DNA from: the human T2T-CHM13v2.0 reference genome, Homo sapiens | Strand: one strand, 5' to 3' | Assembly (NCBI RefSeq): GCF_009914755.1 | Contig: NC_060937.1 | Length of the DNA stretch: 64,000 nucleotides | Shown: piece by piece, positions 1-17,062 of the stretch | How the letters are laid out: each line of letters starts with the position of its first letter | Numbering within the stretch: position 1 is the first letter of the stretch | Notes under the pieces: generated by a model | The model's input: the letters and a program-made list of their open reading frames with translations, nothing else | Told to the model about the DNA's origin: nothing | Database searches by the model: none | Translations under genes and position numbers: made by a program

Positions 1-174
1 GGTGTGTGTCTGGGGGTCCCGGAGGCGTGGACGGATCTCGGGTGGGTGCAGTTGGGGACAGAATCCTCATTCCCCTAGAAAGGCCACGGCCATCCCCCTG
101 CCTTGTCACCTCTGTCTTCCTAAATCCGTTCTTGCTCTCTTGTTTTTCTCCCCAGCCCCTCCCGCCGATTGCTC

Positions 175-1858
<1,684 letters not shown>

Positions 1859-2780
1859 CCACTATCTGCCACCCACGTTGTTCCCAGCCTCCCTTCCTTC
1901 CACCTGGACGTTCCCCCCAGCCCCACTTCTGCTCCACTCCTCCCCCGACTGGACCTGAAGCCTGAGCTTCCCCTGAACTTGGAGTACGCAACTTACAACA
2001 TGCAAGCTGCCAAACACCCTTTCTGTACAAGGCGATTGGAATGGAACTGTCATGTACAGTGAAAGTACACGTCACGTTTTTCAGCCAAGAAGAAGCCAAC
2101 CCGGACAACCTGGAAGAAGTGGGATGCAACAAGGATCACTAAGCATGGAAATTAGGAAACTGTATTCTTAAGTCCAGAGAAGTACGATTCTGGAAAAAGG
2201 ATTGATGACCTAGAATTAAAATTCCAGAAGACACTCATATAGACATGTGGGACATGCGAAAACTCAGAAGGAGCTAGAAGTTACTAAAGTGCTTCTCTAG
2301 TGCCTGGAGACGATAGACTGGCTGAATATAAGAGCAATAAAAATCTAGACTGACACATTTTTAAGTCTCAACGTGGGTACCCTTTGGGAACCACTAAATG
2401 AATTGGAATAGAAGGTAAAATTTCAAACAGATTGAGGAAAAAGGGGATCAAAGGACATGTGACGAATCAGACAAAAGGTGTTGGGGTGGGGGGGGGGGGC
2501 GGTTAACGGAAGCAAGGAGAGTGCATGACTCACTGGAACCGCTAAACCAGGAATCAGTAATTTGACGGCAGTGTCCTTGGCTTCCTCCTGGCTTTAATGG
2601 GAATATGTTGAATGTTTCACCATTAACCAAGATGTTGGCTGTAGGTGTCTCTTAGATGTTTAAGTTGAGTTAGTTCCCATCTTTTCAGAGTTTGATAAAT
2701 GTTGTATTATGAACTTTTGTATTTTGTATTTTATTAGGTAGGCTGTTGTTGGCTGGTTTTCACTCCTTTGTAAACGTCCA

Positions 2781-2846
2781 AATAAAATACAGATAACTTT
2801 TTACATCAAAGATTTTTCTCTTGTGTACTCAATCCTTCTAAATAAA
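2781..2846 (+). terminator. Candidate polyadenylation signals of PRR20 (repeated in each unit)
   Basis: AATAAA at 2781-2786 and 2841-2846, preceded by TGTA motifs and followed by T/GT-rich sequence; a further AATAAA at 2336-2341. Confidence 0.55.
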
Positions 2847-3442
2847 CCTTTCTCTTCAGACTTATTTTATAGAACAGTTCTTTCACTAAACTTTCACAAA
2901 TCGCAAATACAAAATGTGTTTACTAAAAGCAGAAAGGAAGGTAGAAAAATGGCTCCAGTCTCTGTTCTCCATTCATATCGCATCTTTCCCCATAGTCACA
3001 CAAGTCTACACCAACAAACGTGTACATTAAGAGCATCGTTTGTGGCTCGCTTTTACAAACACCTGGCGTGCCATGCGCCAGGGGTCCTGCTGAAGTGACT
3101 ATAAGGTCCAGGCAGGCAACACAGGTGTGGTCAGGACCAGAGCCTCTGTGGAGTCCGTGCGTCTCCAAACTAGGAACAGGCGACTTCGTATTGAAGCATG
3201 GCATGGAGCACAATGAGCACTGTGCAGTGGGAGCTGCTTCTTGGCTTGCCATTGGGGTCTGTCATCCATAAGCCAGAAAGCCCCCTTGCAGTCATCCTAC
3301 GCACATGTGCCACTATCTTCTTGCTGTATATCTGTCTGGAAAGATGCACAGCTTTTACATTATGCAGGTGGTGGTCTGCTGATACGCTACTTCCAGGATA
3401 TTTCTACCACCAGAATGCTTCACTAAACATTGGTACGTGGAG

Positions 3443-3945
<503 letters not shown>

Positions 3946-4299
3946 AGAGAAGTTATCCCAATAAGAAAGATAAAAGTTTTGAAGAGAAACTTCACAGAAG
4001 AATCTATGGGTTCGGTCAGTGAGCACACGAAATCCCAATAAGGATGAGAATATGCAAATAAGCATGGAGCATCCTGTGGTGCCAGGGAGAAAGGAGCCGC
4101 CCAAAACCAAACAAAGCCAAAAGCCACAGCGATGGGAGGTTGACAAAGGGACACGGAAGCCAACTAAAGGAGCTCCCGGTGGCCAAAGCTGGAAACATTG
4201 AGTAACAAAGTAATTAGCTAAATAATTAATAATTAAATAGTTAAGTAAAATATTTGACAAAATAATTAGTTCAATTATTAAATAATTCATCCCCTGAAG

Positions 4300-4890
4300 T
4301 ACTGGAGTGTAAACCAAAGCATACAATAGGTGTCCATAAGTCCATACGGATATAAATAAGTGATTAAATAAACAAACATGTGGGGGAGAATGGGAAAATC
4401 CTCCACACAGGAGAACTCCACAGAACTTAGGTAGCTATTCCCCTGCAAGGAGATAAAGCAAAACTTCCCTTTTCTTTACGTATAGGCTACAGGTAGCGAC
4501 TTCCAGAAAGCACAGTAGAGAAAGAGGTGGGAAAATCACTTTATGGTGGAGAAACCTAATCAACACTGCCCCAGCCCGGTGACCAGGACTAATAGCAGCA
4601 GTGATAAGCCGGCTTGATGGTGTGTACTCTAGACAGGATGGGATGGGAATGGCGCTTTCCCGCTGCAATCTTCCTGACAAAAACATATAATTCCAGTCAG
4701 ATCACAAGGAATACATCACACGAACTTCAGGAGAGGACATCCCACAATATATCTGATCAGTATTCAAAGTGTCAGGGTCATCAAAAACAAGGCAAGTGTG
4801 AGAAACCGTCGCAGCCAAGGGGAACCGTGACGAGTTGTAAGGTGGTACCCTGGATGGGGTCTTGGGACAGAAAAGGTATGTGAGGTGAAA
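4300..4890 (+). mobile_element. Old L1 (L1MC/L1MD-like) 3'-end fragment (each unit)
   Basis: Motifs typical of ancient L1 3' UTR (TCAAAGTGTCAGGGTCATCAAAAACAAGG, CCTGGATGGGGTCTTGGGACAGAAAAGG); subfamily by eye. Confidence 0.55.
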
Positions 4891-4938
4891 GCATAGCAAA
4901 ACCTCACTTCAACAGGAAATACAACCCAAAAAAATCAT

Positions 4939-5265
4939 TGGCCCGGCATGGTGGCTTGCGCCTGGGGTCCCAGCGACTCGGGAGGTTGAGCGGGACGGAC
5001 GGCTTGAGCTCAGGCCTTCCAAACAAGCCTGGGCACATAGCGAAACCTCGTCTCTCCAAAAAAATCCGAAAATTATCCCGATGTGGTGGCGCTCACCTGT
5101 AGTCCAGCTACTCCGGAGGCCGAGACAGGAGAATCACTTGAACTGATTCTCCTATCTCAGCCCCCCCCCCCCCCCCCCCCCCACCCCCAAGTAGCCGCAG
5201 CGAGCCGAGATGGCACCGCTGCACTCCAGCCTGGGCTACAGAGCGAGAACCCGTCTCTGTAAAAG
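4939..5265 (+). mobile_element. Full-length diverged, GC-shifted Alu with internal inversion and poly-C (each unit)
   Basis: GGCCCGGCATGGTGGC start, A-rich linker ~5058-5072, GCACTCCAGCCTGGG...GTCTCT end. Confidence 0.85.
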
Positions 5266-6179
5266 ACACAAGGATGCAAACCAACCAAATAACCCACTGT
5301 GGGATCCCCTCCAGCGTCCTGCTGTGTTTCCCGCTGTCTTCCTCCACCCGTGAGTGCACCCACAGCAATAAAAGCCAGCGGTGTGGGTCTCACACGCATC
5401 TCCAGCCCCGTCGCCATCGCGCTGAGCTCGACTCTTTTTACAAAAGGCCACTTGACATCCTCACTTGGCAGTTCAAAAGCCCCTTCAACCAGATGTGCGC
5501 AAGCCAAGCTCCGCAACTTCCCGTTCAGAGCAGGTTCTCGGTCCACCTCTGCCTGAATGAACCGGCGGGCTACCAAGGCCGCAGTCTCTTCCTCAAGGGC
5601 TGTCCACACTGGGTCTCGCTTTCTCTTGGAAATTTCTCTCCCACCAGGGAACTTTCTCCTCCTCTACCTCCCTGAGTCTCAGTCTAACAGCACCCTGCGC
5701 CCAACCCCGAGGGCTGCAATAGCCTTCTTGCCTCTCCTGACTTATTCTGCGGACCCTGGGTTGGCGCTCCTTCACAGCCAGGCTGGTCGTTTCTGAAATG
5801 TTAACCCGCTGCCGGACACCGTTCCACGGTTTTCCGCTGCCTTGGAACAAGACCAGCTCCTGCGCGGACCCTGCCTCCACCTCGCACCACCTCCGGGCCT
5901 GGACTTGGCCTCCCGTCCATTCCCAGAATGTGCCGGGCTCCCTTCCAGTCCGGGCCTCAGCACACTCTCTTCACTCCCCTTCCTCCCTCCCTGCCTCTCC
6001 CAACCCGGTTCAGGATGACTAATTTCAAATGTTATGTTCCAGATTTCAGCCCAGATATCCCCGCTTTGGATGCTTTCCTTGACCATGCTCAGATCTAAGC
6101 TAATCGCATCTTGCTGTCAGCCGCTTTCAGGGCACCACACCTCATTGTGCTGACACTCAGAGGTCATTATGCAATTTTT

Positions 6180-6400
6180 TTTCCTCGATGATTAGATTAA
6201 TCAATCAACCACGGACGTCTAGAAATGGCGGCATCTCAGAAGGGCCCCCATTTGACTGGCAGGGGACTGGCCCAATGCGCCTCGCAAGCCCAGCCAGGCC
6301 CGCCCCAGCCGGCCCCCCTCTGACGACGCCTGTCCCTTACGCGACTGCCTTGCTGCCATATAAGAGGGACGGCGCTCGGCCTCCAGCAGTCGGCTTTCTG
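6180..6400 (+). promoter_or_regulatory. Promoter of PRR20 copy 2: DUX4-consensus site, YY1-like motif, CCAAT, GC box, TATA-like box
   Basis: TGATTAGATTA 6189-6199, AAATGGCGGC 6223-6232, CCAAT 6272-6276, CCCGCCCC ~6299-6306, TGACG 6321-6325, TATAAG 6359-6364. Canonical order in a CpG-rich region upstream of donor CAG|GTGTGT at 6571/6572. Confidence 0.75.
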
Positions 6401-6571
6401 CTGGGCTCGGAGCCAGAACCTGCTGCGTGCTCCCTCCAGACTCCCTGGCTGCGGGTGGACTACCTCAGAGCTACAGCGGTGAACCTGTGGACACCTCCGA
6501 CTCCTCGGGCCTCTCTTCGTCGAAGAGTCTCCTAATTTTCAGATCTCCGGAGCCAGCTGTGGGAAGATCAG
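6385..6571 (+). other. Probable non-coding first exon of copy 2 (intron 6572-6725 follows; exon 2 starts 6726); same in copies 3-5
   Basis: TSS inferred ~25-30 nt after TATA; donor at 6571/6572; polypyrimidine + CCCAG acceptor ending 6725. The window starts at the equivalent donor of copy 1. Confidence 0.6.
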
Positions 6572-6744
6572 GTGTGTGTCTGGGAGTCCCGGAGGCGTGG
6601 ACGGATCTCGGGTGGGTGCAGTTGGGGACAGAATCCTCATTCCCCTAGAAAGGCCACGGCCATCCCCCTGCCTTGTCACCTCTGTCTTCCTAAATCCGTT
6701 CTTGCTCTCTTGTTTTTCTCCCCAGCCCCTCCCGCCGATTGCTC

Positions 6745-8428
<1,684 letters not shown>

Positions 8429-10197
8429 CCACTATCTGCCACCCACGTTGTTCCCAGCCTCCCTTCCTTCCACCTGGACGTTCCCCCCAGCCCCACTTCT
8501 GCTCCACTCCTCCCCCGACTGGACCTGAAGCCTGAGCTTCCCCTGAACTTGGAGTACGCAACTTACAACATGCAAGCTGCCAAACACCCTTTCTGTACAA
8601 GGCGATTGGAATGGAACTGTCATGTACAGTGAAAGTACACGTCACGTTTTTCAGCCAAGAAGAAGCCAACCCGGACAACCTGGAAGAAGTGGGATGCAAC
8701 AAGGATCACTAAGCATGGAAATTAGGAAACTGTATTCTTAAGTCCAGAGAAGTACGATTCTGGAAAAAGGATTGATGACCTAGAATTAAAATTCCAGAAG
8801 ACACTCATATAGACATGTGGGACATGCGAAAACTCAGAAGGAGCTAGAAGTTACTAAAGTGCTTCTCTAGTGCCTGGAGACGATAGACTGGCTGAATATA
8901 AGAGCAATAAAAATCTAGACTGACACATTTTTAAGTCTCAACGTGGGTACCCTTTGGGAACCACTAAATGAATTGGAATAGAAGGTAAAATTTCAAACAG
9001 ATTGAGGAAAAAGGGGATCAAAGGACATGTGACGAATCAGACAAAAGGTGTTGGGGTTGGGGGGGGGGGGCGGTTAACGGAAGCAAGGAGAGTGCATGAC
9101 TCACTGGAACCGCTAAACCAGGAATCAGTAATTTGACGGCAGTGTCCTTGGCTTCCTCCTGGCTTTAATGGGAATATGTTGAATGTTTCACCATTAACCA
9201 AGATGTTGGCTGTAGGTGTCTCTTAGATGTTTAAGTTGAGTTAGTTCCCATCTTTTCAGAGTTTGATAAATGTTGTATTATGAACTTTTGTATTTTGTAT
9301 TTTATTAGGTAGGCTGTTGTTGGCTGGTTTTCACTCCTTTGTAAACGTCCAAATAAAATACAGATAACTTTTTACATCAAAGATTTTTCTCTTGTGTACT
9401 CAATCCTTCTAAATAAACCTTTCTCTTCAGACTTATTTTATAGAACAGTTCTTTCACTAAACTTTCACAAATCGCAAATACAAAATGTGTTTACTAAAAG
9501 CAGAAAGGAAGGTAGAAAAATGGCTCCAGTCTCTGTTCTCCATTCATATCGCATCTTTCCCCATAGTCACACAAGTCTACACCAACAAACGTGTACATTA
9601 AGAGCATCGTTTGTGGCTCGCTTTTACAAACACCTGGCGTGCCATGCGCCAGGGGTCCTGCTGAAGTGACTATAAGGTCCAGGCAGGCAACACAGGTGTG
9701 GTCAGGACCAGAGCCTCTGTGGAGTCCGTGCGTCTCCAAACTAGGAACAGGCGACTTCGTATTGAAGCATGGCATGGAGCACAATGAGCACTGTGCAGTG
9801 GGAGCTGCTTCTTGGCTTGCCATTGGGGTCTGTCATCCATAAGCCAGAAAGCCCCCTTGCAGTCATCCTACGCACATGTGCCACTATCTTCTTGCTGTAT
9901 ATCTGTCTGGAAAGATGCACAGCTTTTACATTATGCAGGTGGTGGTCTGCTGATACGCTACTTCCAGGATATTTCTACCACCAGAATGCTTCACTAAACA
10001 TTGGTACGTGGAGTAAGACAGGGTCTCATTCCGTCATCCAGGCTGGAGTGCAGTGGTGCAATCACAGCTCAGCGCAGCCTGCGCCTCCTCAGCTCGGGTG
10101 ATCCTCCAACATCAGGTTGCCAAGTAGCTCAGACTGCAGGCAGGCACCAAGAGCCCTTGGTAATTCCTCCTGGTTTATTTATTCGTTCATTTATTTA

Positions 10198-10496
<299 letters not shown>

Positions 10497-12745
10497 TCAA
10501 AATGGAAAAAAGAGAGAGAGAAGTTATCCCAATAAGAAAGATAAAAGTTTTGAAGAGAAACTTCACAGAAGAATCTATGGGTTCGGTCAGTGAGCACACG
10601 AAATCCCAATAAGGATGAGAATATGCAAATAAGCATGGAGCATCCTGTGGTGCCAGGGAGAAAGGAGCCGCCCAAAACCAAACAAAGCCAAAAGCCACAG
10701 CGATGGGAGGTTGACAAAGGGACACGGAAGCCAACTAAAGGAGCTCCCGGTGGCCAAAGCTGGAAACATTGAGTAACAAAGTAATTAGCTAAATAATTAA
10801 TAATTAAATAGTTAAGTAAAATATTTGACAAAATAATTAGTTCAATTATTAAATAATTCATCCCCTGAAGTACTGGAGTGTAAACCAAAGCATACAATAG
10901 GTGTCCATAAGTCCATACGGATATAAATAAGTGATTAAATAAACAAACATGTGGGGGAGAATGGGAAAATCCTCCACACAGGAGAACTCCACAGAACTTA
11001 GGTAGCTATTCCCCTGCAAGGAGATAAAGCAAAACTTCCCTTTTCTTTACGTATAGGCTACAGGTAGCGACTTCCAGAAAGCACAGTAGAGAAAGAGGTG
11101 GGAAAATCACTTTATGGTGGAGAAACCTAATCAACACTGCCCCAGCCCGGTGACCAGGACTAATAGCAGCAGTGATAAGCCGGCTTGATGGTGTGTACTC
11201 TAGACAGGATGGGATGGGAATGGCGCTTTCCCGCTGCAATCTTCCTGACAAAAACATATAATTCCAGTCAGATCACAAGGAATACATCACACGAACTTCA
11301 GGAGAGGACATCCCACAATATATCTGATCAGTATTCAAAGTGTCAGGGTCATCAAAAACAAGGCAAGTGTGAGAAACCGTCGCAGCCAAGGGGAACCGTG
11401 ACGAGTTGTAAGGTGGTACCCTGGATGGGGTCTTGGGACAGAAAAGGTATGTGAGGTGAAAGCATAGCAAAACCTCACTTCAACAGGAAATACAACCCAA
11501 AAAAATCATTGGCCCGGCATGGTGGCTTGCGCCTGGGGTCCCAGCGACTCGGGAGGTTGAGCGGGACGGACGGCTTGAGCTCAGGCCTTCCAAACAAGCC
11601 TGGGCACATAGCGAAACCTCGTCTCTCCAAAAAAATCCGAAAATTATCCCGATGTGGTGGCGCTCACCTGTAGTCCAGCTACTCCGGAGGCCGAGACAGG
11701 AGAATCACTTGAACTGATTCTCCTATCTCAGCCCCCCCCCCCCCCCCCACCCCCAAGTAGCCGCAGCGAGCCGAGATGGCACCGCTGCACTCCAGCCTGG
11801 GCTACAGAGCGAGAACCCGTCTCTGTAAAAGACACAAGGATGCAAACCAACCAAATAACCCACTGTGGGATCCCCTCCAGCGTCCTGCTGTGTTTCCCGC
11901 TGTCTTCCTCCACCCGTGAGTGCACCCACAGCAATAAAAGCCAGCGGTGTGGGTCTCACACGCATCTCCAGCCCCGTCGCCATCGCGCTGAGCTCGACTC
12001 TTTTTACAAAAGGCCACTTGACATCCTCACTTGGCAGTTCAAAAGCCCCTTCAACCAGATGTGCGCAAGCCAAGCTCCGCAACTTCCCGTTCAGAGCAGG
12101 TTCTCGGTCCACCTCTGCCTGAATGAACCGGCGGGCTACCAAGGCCGCAGTCTCTTCCTCAAGGGCTGTCCACACTGGGTCTCGCTTTCTCTTGGAAATT
12201 CCTCTCCCACCAGGGAACTTTCTCCTCCTCTACCTCCCTGAGTCTCAGTCTAACAGCACCCTGCGCCCAACCCCGAGGGCTGCAATAGCCTTCTTGCCTC
12301 TCCTGACTTATTCTGCGGACCCTGGGTTGGCGCTCCTTCACAGCCAGGCTGGTCGTTTCTGAAATGTTAACCCGCTGCCGGACACCGTTCCACGGTTTTC
12401 CGCTGCCTTGGAACAAGACCAGCTCCTGCGCGGACCCTGCCTCCACCTCGCACCACCTCCGGGCCTGGACTTGGCCTCCCGTCCATTCCCAGAATGTGCC
12501 GGGCTCCCTTCCAGTCCGGGCCTCAGCACACTCTCTTCACTCCCCTTCCTCCCTCCCTGCCTCTCCCAACCCGGTTCAGGATGACTAATTTCAAATGTTA
12601 TGTTCCAGATTTCAGCCCAGATATCCCCGCTTTGGATGCTTTCCTTGACCATGCTCAGATCTAAGCTAATCGCATCTTGCTGTCAGCCGCTTTCAGGGCA
12701 CCACACCTCATTGTGCTGACACTCAGAGGTCATTATGCAATTTTT

Positions 12746-12966
12746 TTTCCTCGATGATTAGATTAATCAATCAACCACGGACGTCTAGAAATGGCGGCAT
12801 CTCAGAAGGGCCCCCATTTGACTGGCAGGGGACTGGCCCAATGCGCCTCGCAAGCCCAGCCAGGCCCGCCCCAGCCGGCCCCCCTCTGACGACGCCTGTC
12901 CCTTACGCGACTGCCTTGCTGCCATATAAGAGGGACGGCGCTCGGCCTCCAGCAGTCGGCTTTCTG
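12746..12966 (+). promoter_or_regulatory. Promoter of PRR20 copy 3
   Basis: Same motif set; DUX site at 12755, TATA at 12925. Confidence 0.75.
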
Positions 12967-13310
12967 CTGGGCTCGGAGCCAGAACCTGCTGCGTGCTCCC
13001 TCCAGACTCCCTGGCTGCGGGTGGACTACCTCAGAGCTACAGCGGTGAACCTGTGGACACCTCCGACTCCTCGGGCCTCTCTTCGTCGAAGAGTCTCCTA
13101 ATTTTCAGATCTCCGGAGCCAGCTGTGGGAAGATCAGGTGTGTGTCTGGGAGTCCCGGAGGCGTGGACGGATCTCGGGTGGGTGCAGTTGGGGACAGAAT
13201 CCTCATTCCCCTAGAAAGGCCACGGCCATCCCCCTGCCTTGTCACCTCTGTCTTCCTAAATCCGTTCTTGCTCTCTTGTTTTTCTCCCCAGCCCCTCCCG
13301 CCGATTGCTC

Positions 13311-14994
<1,684 letters not shown>

Positions 14995-16763
14995 CCACTA
15001 TCTGCCACCCACGTTGTTCCCAGCCTCCCTTCCTTCCACCTGGACGTTCCCCCCAGCCCCACTTCTGCTCCACTCCTCCCCCGACTGGACCTGAAGCCTG
15101 AGCTTCCCCTGAACTTGGAGTACGCAACTTACAACATGCAAGCTGCCAAACACCCTTTCTGTACAAGGCGATTGGAATGGAACTGTCATGTACAGTGAAA
15201 GTACACGTCACGTTTTTCAGCCAAGAAGAAGCCAACCCGGACAACCTGGAAGAAGTGGGATGCAACAAGGATCACTAAGCATGGAAATTAGGAAACTGTA
15301 TTCTTAAGTCCAGAGAAGTACGATTCTGGAAAAAGGATTGATGACCTAGAATTAAAATTCCAGAAGACACTCATATAGACATGTGGGACATGCGAAAACT
15401 CAGAAGGAGCTAGAAGTTACTAAAGTGCTTCTCTAGTGCCTGGAGACGATAGACTGGCTGAATATAAGAGCAATAAAAATCTAGACTGACACATTTTTAA
15501 GTCTCAACGTGGGTACCCTTTGGGAACCACTAAATGAATTGGAATAGAAGGTAAAATTTCAAACAGATTGAGGAAAAAGGGGATCAAAGGACATGTGACG
15601 AATCAGACAAAAGGTGTTGGGGTGGGGGGGGGGGGGCGGTTAACGGAAGCAAGGAGAGTGCATGACTCACTGGAACCGCTAAACCAGGAATCAGTAATTT
15701 GACGGCAGTGTCCTTGGCTTCCTCCTGGCTTTAATGGGAATATGTTGAATGTTTCACCATTAACCAAGATGTTGGCTGTAGGTGTCTCTTAGATGTTTAA
15801 GTTGAGTTAGTTCCCATCTTTTCAGAGTTTGATAAATGTTGTATTATGAACTTTTGTATTTTGTATTTTATTAGGTAGGCTGTTGTTGGCTGGTTTTCAC
15901 TCCTTTGTAAACGTCCAAATAAAATACAGATAACTTTTTACATCAAAGATTTTTCTCTTGTGTACTCAATCCTTCTAAATAAACCTTTCTCTTCAGACTT
16001 ATTTTATAGAACAGTTCTTTCACTAAACTTTCACAAATCGCAAATACAAAATGTGTTTACTAAAAGCAGAAAGGAAGGTAGAAAAATGGCTCCAGTCTCT
16101 GTTCTCCATTCATATCGCATCTTTCCCCATAGTCACACAAGTCTACACCAACAAACGTGTACATTAAGAGCATCGTTTGTGGCTCGCTTTTACAAACACC
16201 TGGCGTGCCATGCGCCAGGGGTCCTGCTGAAGTGACTATAAGGTCCAGGCAGGCAACACAGGTGTGGTCAGGACCAGAGCCTCTGTGGAGTCCGTGCGTC
16301 TCCAAACTAGGAACAGGCGACTTCGTATTGAAGCATGGCATGGAGCACAATGAGCACTGTGCAGTGGGAGCTGCTTCTTGGCTTGCCATTGGGGTCTGTC
16401 ATCCATAAGCCAGAAAGCCCCCTTGCAGTCATCCTACGCACATGTGCCACTATCTTCTTGCTGTATATCTGTCTGGAAAGATGCACAGCTTTTACATTAT
16501 GCAGGTGGTGGTCTGCTGATACGCTACTTCCAGGATATTTCTACCACCAGAATGCTTCACTAAACATTGGTACGTGGAGTAAGACAGGGTCTCATTCCGT
16601 CATCCAGGCTGGAGTGCAGTGGTGCAATCACAGCTCAGCGCAGCCTGCGCCTCCTCAGCTCGGGTGATCCTCCAACATCAGGTTGCCAAGTAGCTCAGAC
16701 TGCAGGCAGGCACCAAGAGCCCTTGGTAATTCCTCCTGGTTTATTTATTCGTTCATTTATTTA

Positions 16764-17062
<299 letters not shown>

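Noticed and set aside
11654-12241. 195-aa ORF present only in units 2 and 5
   Set aside because: Alu-derived frame opened by poly-C length (C17); non-ATG start and no homology recognised.
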